A DNA stretch of 41,076 nt from a virus. Lineage: Duplodnaviria; Caudoviricetes. Shown here one piece after another: positions 16,406 through 25,527 of the stretch (the first letter of the stretch is position 1; each line of letters opens with the position of its first letter). The stretch is from IMG/VR virus record IMGVR_UViG_3300049329_000004, positions 1 through 41,076 of that record. One strand, written 5' to 3'. A program made the position numbers and the translations under genes. The notes below the pieces were generated by a model. The model was not told the DNA's origin. It saw only the letters and a list, made by a program, of their open reading frames with translations, and searched no databases.

Positions 16406-17349
16406 TCCAGGTAAGGCTGAAAATAAAGCGAACTGGTGTCAGGGTCGGCATTCCTGGCAATCGCCGTTGATTCTTTGTAGATATCTTCTAAATCAGGCGT
16501 CCAGGGCACTTTAAACTTAGGTGCCATAATCTTAGCCAACCCCCACGACAAGGCTAAAAACCAGACCTGCGGATAGGCAATATCGTCACTAGCCGAATCG
16601 TAATCTTCGGACGGCGCTACAAAGGTAAACGACAATACTTGCGTGACATCATTAGGATCGCTATTGGTAAATAACAATCCATTTGGAATATTTTGCTGAT
16701 AATAAATACTGCCCGGGTCGCCTTCAGCGCCCTTATCCGGAATCTTGTCGTAATCCTCAGTGTTGCGCAGGATGCGTAAACCCCAATCAGAGCTATCACT
16801 ATTACGTAAACTGATGCTGCGAATATGCAAAGGCCGCATCAATTTAGTTGTGTAAGCAAATACGCGATTACCGCTGCTAGCTGAACTTGGCAATGCATCG
16901 GCTATCGTGACGGTAGCACCACTAGGCGCGCCGTTTACGGTGCTCCAGTGCAAGGAACCGTCATCTAGTTCTATCCCGATATAATCCGCTGCTGTGATTC
17001 CAGAAATACTGGTGACCGACAAAGCAGTTTGTCCGGCAGCTTCGGCGCCGGATAAAGTAGTCGTAACGTATTCCAGCGTGGCATGATCCCCAGTTGGACC
17101 TAACGCATATTCATGCTGGTCTTTCTGTAGAAACAAGAATCCACGTTTCAAACTCCAGGTTTTCAAGCCAGGTGAATAGTCATTTGCCCCCTGCCATTGC
17201 TTTGCTAAGAAATTAAGACTCCGTAAACACGTGGCTTGATCTTCAGCAGATAACGTTTCGCCTGGATCGTAGACGGCAATATTCTCCAAAGCATCAATAA
17301 TCACGTCCCCAGCAGTAACGAGGTAATCGTAAGAGCCAGAAGTCGCCAT
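16402..17349 (-). CDS. Head-tail adaptor (gp4-like) with an inserted beta-rich domain
   Basis: T..D.I..AL..I...GE.L.AED....L..LN start, P..W..AL..GLA end; central TTTLSGAEAAGQT... insert. Confidence 0.75.
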   Translation of the reverse strand: MATSGSYDYLVTAGDVIIDALENIAVYDPGETLSAEDQATCLRSLNFLAKQWQGANDYSPGLKTWSLKRGFLFLQKDQHEYALGPTGDHATLEYVTTTLSGAEAAGQTALSVTSISGITAADYIGIELDDGSLHWSTVNGAPSGATVTIADALPSSASSGNRVFAYTTKLMRPLHIRSISLRNSDSSDWGLRILRNTEDYDKIPDKGAEGDPGSIYYQQNIPNGLLFTNSDPNDVTQVLSFTFVAPSEDYDSASDDIAYPQVWFLALSWGLAKIMAPKFKVPWTPDLEDIYKESTAIARNADPDTSSLYFQPYLE

Positions 17350-18365
17350 TAGGCTGCTTTCTCAAGTAGCGGTGTCATCGCATTCCAAAATTGATCAGCA
17401 GAAATATCCGCCTGACAAGCTGCCGTGCCTGATTCTTCATCTCTTACACAATGCTCAAAGCCAAAATGCATCAGGTGGCAGGGATAACAGGGTGTGTTTT
17501 TAGGTGTTAGCACCGTGCAATTTACCCAATCCCTGGTTAAGTTTTCATGGGAGGAATGGGACAAAGTAATGATCTTGGGCACGGATAAAAATGCCGCCGC
17601 ATTCAATACGCCTGTTTCAGGGCCTACCACCATATCGGCGTGATTTATAAAGGTCAGCGTTTCTCGAATGCTCCAGACGCCAGAGCGCTTGATTACTCGC
17701 GGCTCGTTCTCCCAGCCGCATTCCAGCATCTGACACATGGGGTCACCCACTGTCACAATTCTGCAATCTGGATAGCTTATAAGCAGCCTTGCGATAATCG
17801 TGTCTAGATATGGCCAGGTTTTATGCACTGATGAACCGGAAAGCGACCACACAATGCAAGAACCGCCGCCCATCTTGTTGCGCTCGCGCCGCGCCCAAGC
17901 CGTTTCATCCGCTGCGGGATAAAACTTCTGTGAGGGCTTGTAAGGTAAGTCCGCTAATTCGTGGGTGAACTCTAGATAATTAGTGTTCATGTACTTCGCT
18001 TTAACCGTCTTATTCCAGCCATGATTTGATCGTCCTGGCAGCGCTAGCCAAGTGGCTTCGACCGATTCGCAAAGGTTGATAAACTTGTCGTATTTCTTAG
18101 CGGTGTAGTCAAAGAACTCTAGCAGTTGAGTTCCTGGAACTTGATCTTTGTCTTGCACGATAAATCGATCAATGTGCGGGTCATGCTTGAGAATCTCGAA
18201 ACCAGCTGGCACGGTATAAAACGTAAGGTGATAGCCTTGCGCCTTCAGCAAGGGCAATAAACTGGATGCTTGGATAACATCACCAAAGCCGCCATAACGC
18301 ACCACACCAGCGGTTTTTTTAGGCTTAGGGTTTGTATAGGAATAGCGATGTATAAACTTGCCCAT
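17349..18365 (-). CDS. Glycosyltransferase family 9 (heptosyltransferase-like)
   Basis: R.GGFGDVI...LL, HKTWP, VGPETGVLNAAA and C-terminal CYPC...C...C motifs. Confidence 0.88.
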   Translation of the reverse strand: MGKFIHRYSYTNPKPKKTAGVVRYGGFGDVIQASSLLPLLKAQGYHLTFYTVPAGFEILKHDPHIDRFIVQDKDQVPGTQLLEFFDYTAKKYDKFINLCESVEATWLALPGRSNHGWNKTVKAKYMNTNYLEFTHELADLPYKPSQKFYPAADETAWARRERNKMGGGSCIVWSLSGSSVHKTWPYLDTIIARLLISYPDCRIVTVGDPMCQMLECGWENEPRVIKRSGVWSIRETLTFINHADMVVGPETGVLNAAAFLSVPKIITLSHSSHENLTRDWVNCTVLTPKNTPCYPCHLMHFGFEHCVRDEESGTAACQADISADQFWNAMTPLLEKAA

Positions 18366-18889
18366 CAGATTCGCTTAAACACGAAAAACAAGCTGTACTC
18401 GTAATCCTGGTTACGCTTCTGAAAATCCACTAAATCCCACGAGCCGATTTCTTTCATGGCATCTACAACGCGGTCATAATTAACATTCCATTTGTGGTCA
18501 GGGTTTGCACCTTCTTCGCCCACTTTTGGATATTCATCTTCATCCGGCACATAGAGGATTAAGTAGCCGCCTGGCTTCACACATCGAAACCATTCTTTCA
18601 GCGCCGCTTGGTAATCTTCTATGTGCTCCAGCAAATGACTGGAAAACACAAAATCCATCGACTGCGAGGCAATTAAATCTAATTTCTCGCAGCTCTCTAC
18701 AATTAAATTAGCTTTGTTCTGCCAGCCAAACTGTTGATCGTGGTGCCCATTATCGACACCAATAAAATGCGGAAACGCTTTGAACGGCCCGCAGCCAAGG
18801 TCCAAACCTCGGCCACGGGTATATTCAACCAACTCCCAGCGAATCTTTGCAGACTCGTTACCCTGCGGGTCGTCAATGCGCCAAACCAT
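18365..18889 (-). CDS. Class I SAM-dependent methyltransferase
   Basis: LDLGCG motif I, D.VFSSHLLEH, R.VKPGGYL. Confidence 0.9.
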   Translation of the reverse strand: MVWRIDDPQGNESAKIRWELVEYTRGRGLDLGCGPFKAFPHFIGVDNGHHDQQFGWQNKANLIVESCEKLDLIASQSMDFVFSSHLLEHIEDYQAALKEWFRCVKPGGYLILYVPDEDEYPKVGEEGANPDHKWNVNYDRVVDAMKEIGSWDLVDFQKRNQDYEYSLFFVFKRI

Positions 18890-19114
18890 TTATTTACGTT
18901 TGGTAGTTGTGTTTTGGTCGCCAGTGACATTAGTGGCGCCTACCGTGGTAGAAGTATCGGTATTGGTGCTTTGAGCAGTGCTGTTGTCGGTTTGCACTAA
19001 ATTTCCATCGGCATCGTAGTACAAGCCGTTTTGCTCATAGCGATAGGTGCCGCTACCAACAACTTCACCATAAGGTTTGCTTTTATCGAGTTTGGTTTGA
19101 TCTTGCTCAGCCAT
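18890..19114 (-). CDS. Small protein with Ser/Thr-rich C-terminus
   Basis: AAGGAG RBS; YEQNG.YYDADG then T/S/N-rich tail. Confidence 0.7.
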   Translation of the reverse strand: MAEQDQTKLDKSKPYGEVVGSGTYRYEQNGLYYDADGNLVQTDNSTAQSTNTDTSTTVGATNVTGDQNTTTKRK

Positions 19115-19126
19115 CTTATTTCTCCT

Positions 19127-19300
19127 TTAATTATTAATGTCTTTAGCGACAGGTTGTACTACGGGTGGAACTTTCACATCTGGCGCTTGATAGCCGCGCT
19201 TTAACTCTTCAACGGTGCAACCATAACGATCCCCGGCAGCGGGTACGGTAGCCGACCAGTTAATCTCTAAATCCATCATCCTTGTCTCTTTTTCAGGCAT
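19127..19300 (-). CDS. Hypothetical protein (57 aa, not in ORF track)
   Basis: GGAGG RBS; MPEKETRMMDLE...GCTVEELKRGY...; fills the gap. Confidence 0.6.
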   Translation of the reverse strand: MPEKETRMMDLEINWSATVPAAGDRYGCTVEELKRGYQAPDVKVPPVVQPVAKDINN

Positions 19301-19310
19301 AGGGCCTCCA

Positions 19311-19335
19311 AATAAAAAGGGGCCGCAAGGCCCCT
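19311..19335 (-). terminator. Intrinsic terminator after capsid/decoration genes
   Basis: AGGGGCC-TTGC-GGCCCCT-TTTTATT. Confidence 0.75.
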
Positions 19336-19356
19336 GATTGCTACGTCATAGATTGC

Positions 19357-19710
19357 TTAAACCGTTATTTCAGCGCTAGGCAAAATGTCATATTCGACAA
19401 AAACCTGGCCTTCTACTCCTGAGCCTTGCAGCTCAATGGAGTTACCGGCGGCCAAACTGATATCTTTGTCGAAATAAACGATTTCACGCTCGGTACTGGT
19501 GCCTGCTGCAATCTTGCCCAGTGACATCGTGCCGCTCATAACCTCCCATCCTGAATCTTCAGCAGTAGCTTCTGAGGTGATGATTGCGCGAAAGCTTTTA
19601 ATGCGCATATCAGCGAAGGCATAAAACTTTTCGCCTGTCTTAATCGGGGCAAAGTGTCGAGTGATATAGGTAGGATGATCGAATCTTAATTTACGTTTTG
19701 TTGCCATCAT
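19357..19710 (-). CDS. Putative head decoration protein
   Basis: Directly after capsid; beta-rich; AGGAG RBS supports a start at 19710/19707. Confidence 0.55.
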   Translation of the reverse strand: MMATKRKLRFDHPTYITRHFAPIKTGEKFYAFADMRIKSFRAIITSEATAEDSGWEVMSGTMSLGKIAAGTSTEREIVYFDKDISLAAGNSIELQGSGVEGQVFVEYDILPSAEITV

Positions 19711-19808
19711 AAAGCTCCTGCTGCGATAGCCTCCTATCGCAGAATAGTGTGCCAGCACGGAAAGGCGTGATAAGGCGATTAGGTAATTTACTGGCCTGTT
19801 AAATACCT

Positions 19809-20801
19809 TTAGGCCGCGCTATCCCATTTAACGATAGTTGCGCCTGCTGCGGCAGTACGTACTAACCCAAAGCCGCCCAAATAATACCAAGCAACCCCTC
19901 TAGATCTACCAAAGTCAGTTGGGATTTTTGCGCGCATTTCTTCAGGAATTACAATCGCTTCGGCGACCGTTTCTTCACCAAAGAAGAATATCCAGTCAGA
20001 CTGAGCGTTATCCCAAGGATCTGCCGTGTTGGTATAGGCATTGAAAGTACCGGAGTTTGCCGCGCCACCTTTAGGAATATTGGTCTGCTCGATGTAACGC
20101 ACGTTCTCATAACGTCCAACTTCCCCGTTCATAACCATGTTCAGGCCTTGCGGGGTGTATTGGTGCAGGGTTTCAAGATCATTTCTCAATCTGCGGAAAG
20201 TAGAAGGCCACCCAAGCGCAAAATAATCATTGCCCTCAAAAGCTGGGATGTTGCGCTCTTTCATCACATCCACAGCCAACTTAGCGTGATCCTTGGTAAA
20301 GACAACGTTATTTGTAGCGGTCGCCGTGCCATTGGTCGTTAAAGTCAGTGCGGTAGTAGAGGTGCCGCCCGTTGGAACAACCCGTAATGGTGTTGCGTTA
20401 AATTGCGTGAATACCGCCACATCAAAGGTTTTTGCGGCATCATTTCTTAGCGCTTGCATAATCGGACGTTGAACATCAAATTGCGAGAGCGCCTCTAACT
20501 TACCCGTGTAAGGTACGCTGTTGCCGTACTCTGTTACGGTTAAAGTGCTTTGGGTAATGGTAAAGTTTGATTCTGGCATCGTGCTGGTTTCTGCTACCAC
20601 GGTACCGCGATTTACTAAGTCAGAGACCACATTCCATGTAAATGTTTCGCCTCTTCCCGTGCCTTGTTGGGTAGCATCTTTTACATCCGCAAACTGGCGA
20701 AACTTAGTCATCGGTTGCAAGGCAACCCGTAACTTTTTCGACAGATTTGGCGAATAAAGATAACCACCAAGGCTACCTGTAAGCCATAGTTGACCGGCCA
20801 T
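19809..20801 (-). CDS. Major capsid protein (HK97 fold, N4-gp56-like)
   Basis: FRQFA, G.T.TW, E.G..V.YT, GEVGRYENVR.IE, DFGR...AWY..GG; strong RBS; after scaffold. Confidence 0.9.
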   Translation of the reverse strand: MAGQLWLTGSLGGYLYSPNLSKKLRVALQPMTKFRQFADVKDATQQGTGRGETFTWNVVSDLVNRGTVVAETSTMPESNFTITQSTLTVTEYGNSVPYTGKLEALSQFDVQRPIMQALRNDAAKTFDVAVFTQFNATPLRVVPTGGTSTTALTLTTNGTATATNNVVFTKDHAKLAVDVMKERNIPAFEGNDYFALGWPSTFRRLRNDLETLHQYTPQGLNMVMNGEVGRYENVRYIEQTNIPKGGAANSGTFNAYTNTADPWDNAQSDWIFFFGEETVAEAIVIPEEMRAKIPTDFGRSRGVAWYYLGGFGLVRTAAAGATIVKWDSAA

Positions 20802-20812
20802 GATTAACTCCT

Positions 20813-21727
20813 TTAAATAGTGGCTTGCTTACGAGATTTACGTATTTCTTCTATAAGCTCGCTTGCTGTTGGTTCTTTTTCAACTGGTTTAGCTGGCTGG
20901 CGTCCTGCCGCTGGCTGCACCAAATGGATGGATGCTTTCTTTTCCCGTTTCTCTTCAAGTCCGGTCGATTGTGTGGTTCCCCGCCATTCACGCAGCTTGT
21001 TGCCAATTTCTTGGAAACGTTCGTAATCGGAGCGAGTATCGCCACGCATTAGATTTTCGTTTTCCAATTGAACGGCAAGCTTTGCAAGGTAAGGGTCTTC
21101 AATGACATCTTTGTACTCAGTTTTAAAACGGGTTAATGCTTCTTGTGCGCTGACTTCTCTTGCAACTATCGCCCGTATGTCATTTGGGGTAGCCGTTGGA
21201 ACGAGCCCCGCGATTTGGGTAGTTAATTGCTTTAAAGCTTCAGCAGCTTGGTTGTCATCTCCATAGCGGATAGCCTCAAGTATTTGAGAGTCCACGACAG
21301 GAGTTTGGGGAGACGCAACGTCTTGCGATGGTTGCGGTTTTGCTCTTTGTTCAGCCTCGCGCAATAAGCGCGTTGCTTCTATTAATCTTTGTTCTGTGGC
21401 GGTCTCTTTTTGCAGCGTCCGTTTTCCAGCCTCGATTATTTGGTCCAGCGGAACTTCGCGTTCTTCGCCATCAACCTTGATTTTGACCAGCTGCGGTTTT
21501 TCTTCTTCTGGCGCGGGCCCATCTTCAGCCTCCAGTTCCGCTTCCGGCTCTTGTTCTTGTTGGTCTTGGCCAATAGTTAGCGGGTCTTGAATACCATAAT
21601 TTGGTAATTCCTTACCTTCCTGTGCCGCTTGCTCTACTCGCTTTTTAGCAATTTCTTCGATTGCATCATCTCTTGGGTTAGAGGTTCTAACTAGCTGTTC
21701 CTGTTGCTCTAATTCGTTTTCGTCCAT
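20813..21727 (-). CDS. Capsid scaffolding protein
   Basis: Acidic N-terminus, KIKVDGEEREV motif, basic C-terminal helix; before capsid. Confidence 0.85.
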   Translation of the reverse strand: MDENELEQQEQLVRTSNPRDDAIEEIAKKRVEQAAQEGKELPNYGIQDPLTIGQDQQEQEPEAELEAEDGPAPEEEKPQLVKIKVDGEEREVPLDQIIEAGKRTLQKETATEQRLIEATRLLREAEQRAKPQPSQDVASPQTPVVDSQILEAIRYGDDNQAAEALKQLTTQIAGLVPTATPNDIRAIVAREVSAQEALTRFKTEYKDVIEDPYLAKLAVQLENENLMRGDTRSDYERFQEIGNKLREWRGTTQSTGLEEKREKKASIHLVQPAAGRQPAKPVEKEPTASELIEEIRKSRKQATI

Positions 21728-21741
21728 TTACACACCCCAAT

Positions 21742-21768
21742 AAAAAAGGGCCACCGAAGTAGCCCTTT
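21742..21768 (-). terminator. Intrinsic terminator between portal block and scaffold
   Basis: AAAGGGCTAC-TTCG-GTGGCCC-T6. Confidence 0.75.
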
Positions 21769-21789
21769 GTTTAATAATTTAATGTTTGT

Positions 21790-22059
21790 CTATCTTTGCT
21801 CGTCCAAGACTTGCTCAGCTTGACGGCCCGCCATAATCATTTCAGCTAACCATTCTTGGAAGCTCCTTGCTCGCCATACCTCATTTTGTAATTGCTGAAT
21901 TCGCCTGCGCCGCCATGGGTGGGTCGTAGATAACAACTCCAAGGCTTCTTGCTGTATTTCTTCGGCACGGCCAATTAGATATCGGCCTAATTCACTCTTA
22001 AGAAAGTCTTCGGCTTCTTTTCCTAGGATGGCCTCTGCAAATAACGTTTCTTCGCTCAC
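21790..22059 (-). CDS. Small head-module protein after portal
   Basis: G.EAE.FL.S.LGRY pattern; GTGA-coupled to portal. Confidence 0.75.
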   Translation of the reverse strand: MSEETLFAEAILGKEAEDFLKSELGRYLIGRAEEIQQEALELLSTTHPWRRRRIQQLQNEVWRARSFQEWLAEMIMAGRQAEQVLDEQR

Positions 22060-24068
22060 TGTCTTGCCGCAGTAATTTCATCGACCTGTCTTAATAACTG
22101 CAAAGCCTGATTTTCAGCTTCGTTAGCACTCTTGATATCTCGTAGCTCAAGTTCTGCCGCAATTCGTCGGTATTCGGCATCCAAATTCTTCTTGGCAAGC
22201 TCCAATTCTTTCTTGGCGAACTCCAGTTTTTGCAATTCATCCTCAACCGCATCGGCCTTGTCAGTGATATCGGCTTCCTGTTTTGCCAATATCTGAGCTT
22301 TTTGCTGAAGCTGTGCCTCTGCTTGCTTGATTTGCTCTGCATTAATCGCTTGTTCCTGGCTAAAGAAGCGTTTGCCGTCTCGATAACCTAAGGCGCCAAA
22401 GATTTCCTTGCTGATTTCCTCTAAAGTAATGTTAGGCGCGCCACTTGATGCAATATCTGCAAAGGTTTTAATGCCAAGGACGAATTTCTGCAACTTGGTA
22501 TTCGGGTCGGTCGCACCCATGCCCACATTTACTCGCAAACTCAGTTCTTGATTGAGTAAATCATCGGTAACTTGATTAATGCCGTAGCGCTGAAACACTT
22601 GTGCGCGCTCAGCAGCTAAGCTCAGCACCACTTCGTCGGTTTCGTAGGCTTGCTCTAGCTTAACCAGCTGGCGGAGTACTTTTTCCACCCAAGTTTCAGT
22701 AATGGTGCGCAGCAAATATTCCTGCATTTGCGTCGCACCCTGATTTAATAAACCAAGTCCGCCCACGGTTTCGCCAAGCTTTCGATTGGTCGAAACACTG
22801 CTGGTGGAAAAGTTGCCTACCAGTTCGTCATAATCGACATTTACCCGGTCTTGCTCCAAATAAGCGGAGCTGGTGACATCAGGGAAATTAATTTGGCCAA
22901 CATCTTCGTTAACGTTATCAACTTGGGTCACTGAGCCCGGCACATTTCTCAGCAAACTTTGTATATCTACTTGCCTGCCACGTTTGACCAAATAGCGCTT
23001 ATTCAGCACCAATTTGACGTTATCTAGCCGCTGATTAACGATCTCATTGGCTTCAAGCTGTAAGCCTTCTCCCAGCTTCACCACGCCGGATGGCATGGTT
23101 TTATGGGTTTCGATAATGGCGCAGCCGATAGCGAAGGGTCGCTGGCCATGCAAATAGACTTCTTCTATACGCTTAGGTGTAGAAAGTAAATGTAGTGTGC
23201 CTAGGGTGTAAAACACCCAGTCTTGATCATCTTGCCGGATGATATTTAAGTGCACCCAAACCGTTTCAAAGTCATTAACCGGCTGGTTTAATTCTTTGGC
23301 ATCTTCGCGATTGCCGTCCCGTACCATACGGGTAGGGTCATATTCCTTGGCTGCCGCTGTTAACTCTTCCTCTTCTAAGCGCTTCCATTTTGGCTGACCG
23401 GTTTTGTCATCGGTCGCATCCATCATGGCTTTAATATCGCCGATATACATCGGCATCTTCCATATAAAATATGGACTGGTATTGACCGGGTCAATCCAAG
23501 AAGCGGCAGGGCTAAAACGAGTGTTTTCTATAGGGATAAGTTCAATGCACGGCTTATCGTCTATAACTTTGAGCTGCTCAAATTCTTCCTCGGTTTCAAA
23601 ACCAAATTCATCGGTAATGACTCGGCGATACTTTTCTTTCTTAGCTTTATATTTCCAGTATTGGTAGGAGCAAACCACGCCTTGAACTTGAGCGTCTTGC
23701 ACGCCACCTACCAAGATCTGAAACCAAGGTATGGTTTTTTGTAAACGATAATTAATTAATTCCTTAACAACGGAAGCGGAGGCCTGTTGTATCGGGTTGT
23801 TGTCATCTTCGGCATCAATCGACACCACATCTTGGTTCGAAAAAAAAGCCGCAGCAGCGGCGGCTTCGTTCTTCCTGACTACAGATCGGCTTTTAGGTCG
23901 AAAGATTTTGGAGCGATGGCGATAACCCTCGGAGTTATACTTAGAATTGGCCGGATGTTCGTTATTGAACATCTTTATGGCATCTTCCCATTCCCGGCGA
24001 TAATTAGCGTCTACATAAGACGTGCTGCTGTCATAAGCATCGCTAGCCAGCTTGAGCCAATCGGTCAT
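22056..24068 (-). CDS. Portal protein (P22-like, C-terminal coiled-coil barrel)
   Basis: 670 aa; Q.E.N...NQRLDN, ET..G...L, C-terminal coiled coil; between terminase and scaffold. Confidence 0.88.
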   Translation of the reverse strand: MTDWLKLASDAYDSSTSYVDANYRREWEDAIKMFNNEHPANSKYNSEGYRHRSKIFRPKSRSVVRKNEAAAAAAFFSNQDVVSIDAEDDNNPIQQASASVVKELINYRLQKTIPWFQILVGGVQDAQVQGVVCSYQYWKYKAKKEKYRRVITDEFGFETEEEFEQLKVIDDKPCIELIPIENTRFSPAASWIDPVNTSPYFIWKMPMYIGDIKAMMDATDDKTGQPKWKRLEEEELTAAAKEYDPTRMVRDGNREDAKELNQPVNDFETVWVHLNIIRQDDQDWVFYTLGTLHLLSTPKRIEEVYLHGQRPFAIGCAIIETHKTMPSGVVKLGEGLQLEANEIVNQRLDNVKLVLNKRYLVKRGRQVDIQSLLRNVPGSVTQVDNVNEDVGQINFPDVTSSAYLEQDRVNVDYDELVGNFSTSSVSTNRKLGETVGGLGLLNQGATQMQEYLLRTITETWVEKVLRQLVKLEQAYETDEVVLSLAAERAQVFQRYGINQVTDDLLNQELSLRVNVGMGATDPNTKLQKFVLGIKTFADIASSGAPNITLEEISKEIFGALGYRDGKRFFSQEQAINAEQIKQAEAQLQQKAQILAKQEADITDKADAVEDELQKLEFAKKELELAKKNLDAEYRRIAAELELRDIKSANEAENQALQLLRQVDEITAARQ

Positions 24069-24391
24069 TGCACCGGTCCAAAATTACTCGCGCCATCCAA
24101 TGTTGGAGCAAAATCGCCGTTCCATCTGCCACGCTTTAAGCGAGCGCGTTCCAAGAATTCCCCGGCAAAATTCAATACTTTTTTCTTGCGCGCAGCCGCA
24201 TCATGCATGATTTTGTCTTGATGAATGACCATTCCCCACATAGAAGAAATATTTAATGCTTTAATGACCACGCAGCCACCGTTTATTTCTATCGCCCATA
24301 AATGACCGGGATAAGTTGTATGCAACATCTCGCCTATTTCTTTGGCCAGCGACATATCAGCATCTTCAGCGGTAAAGGCTTGAACGATCAT
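24065..24391 (-). CDS. Conserved-looking hypothetical protein before portal
   Basis: L...YPGHLWA...GE.LER..L.RG pattern; coupled to portal. Confidence 0.75.
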   Translation of the reverse strand: MIVQAFTAEDADMSLAKEIGEMLHTTYPGHLWAIEINGGCVVIKALNISSMWGMVIHQDKIMHDAAARKKKVLNFAGEFLERARLKRGRWNGDFAPTLDGASNFGPVQ

Positions 24392-24600
24392 CAGGCGTTA
24401 GCCGGCTTTGATACTCTGCAAATAAATGGATGCGTCATTTCTTCATAGTTGTCCGCACACATATCGCAATGTGGTTTTCCATCCTTAAACAACAAAAATG
24501 TTGGCTCATGTGCATAAGGACACCAAATAACAAACCCCTTCTGGAACTTAGTGTCAAAATGCACGGCATTTGGATCGCCTACCTCATCTTTGTAAATCAT
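24391..24600 (-). CDS. Small Cys/His-containing hypothetical protein
   Basis: GAGG RBS; CPY.H and C..C. Confidence 0.55.
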   Translation of the reverse strand: MIYKDEVGDPNAVHFDTKFQKGFVIWCPYAHEPTFLLFKDGKPHCDMCADNYEEMTHPFICRVSKPANA

Positions 24601-24610
24601 CTTTACCTCT

Positions 24611-24847
24611 TTATGAGCGTAACCAAGTTAGTAACTGCCACCACTTTTGTGGCTTAGGTTTAAAATAATCTGACATGTATTTATTGGCCCCACTTTTTAA
24701 CTTAATTGCTGGGCGGGCATAATCTGAAATAAAAATATATTGAATATCTTCGGCTTTTATATCGCGTTCTTGGCAATAAGAAATGAGATTAATCAAAAAA
24801 TCGTTACGAATTGTTAACCTAAAAAATTCCTCTGGAATTTCATTCAT
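24611..24847 (-). CDS. Hypothetical protein (AT-rich)
   Basis: ATGA-coupled ORF. Confidence 0.55.
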   Translation of the reverse strand: MNEIPEEFFRLTIRNDFLINLISYCQERDIKAEDIQYIFISDYARPAIKLKSGANKYMSDYFKPKPQKWWQLLTWLRS

Positions 24848-25527
24848 GAGCGTCTATAAACCCCGTGTTCAGTACGATCTGTTGAATAAAACTTACGGCC
24901 ATTGCTAAATTCATAGACTACTTCAGGTTTTCCCCATTCTTCGCCCCAAGCTTCTCTCACCATAGAGGCATAATCCAGCGTTCTCGTGTGAACTGGCGGT
25001 AAATTAAGATAGATATTTGGACCGGCTGGTGCCTGTGGCTGATCGCCGCCCGTAATAACGGGGTAGCCAAACAGTTCTCCAGAAGCAATGCCAGGCGCTT
25101 GGATTTGTGCCGCGCCAATGGTAATAACCGCTGTGCCAAAAGCTTCCGCTGAAGCTATGGCCGATGGCGATATCGAATAGACGCGAGTTAGCGTCGCCGC
25201 ACCGATTGCTTCACCGCTGGCAATCCCGGTTGCGGTAATAGATACCGCGCCGGTCGTAATTACCGGATTTGATACACTTTCTGCGCTGTCTATTGCGGTC
25301 GCGACAATCGTCAAACCGCCAGAAGTAACAACGGCGCTGCCGATTGCTTCTGCGCTGGCTATACCAGCAGGCAATATTGAGCTTGCCGCGTCCGCATAGC
25401 TTCTATAGGCGTAAGTTAGCTGCTGGCGATCCGCCTGATTGATTGAGCCGTCAGGATTAGGAAAAACGCGGCCAGATAAGCCAACCGCTAATGCTGAACC
25501 GCGTCTATTTCTTGAATCTAAGGCCAT
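24844..25527 (-). CDS. Virion fibre-like protein with five ~22-aa repeats
   Basis: Repeating I...(G/A)I.S.E..G...(I/V)T units. Confidence 0.7.
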   Translation of the reverse strand: MALDSRNRRGSALAVGLSGRVFPNPDGSINQADRQQLTYAYRSYADAASSILPAGIASAEAIGSAVVTSGGLTIVATAIDSAESVSNPVITTGAVSITATGIASGEAIGAATLTRVYSISPSAIASAEAFGTAVITIGAAQIQAPGIASGELFGYPVITGGDQPQAPAGPNIYLNLPPVHTRTLDYASMVREAWGEEWGKPEVVYEFSNGRKFYSTDRTEHGVYRRS

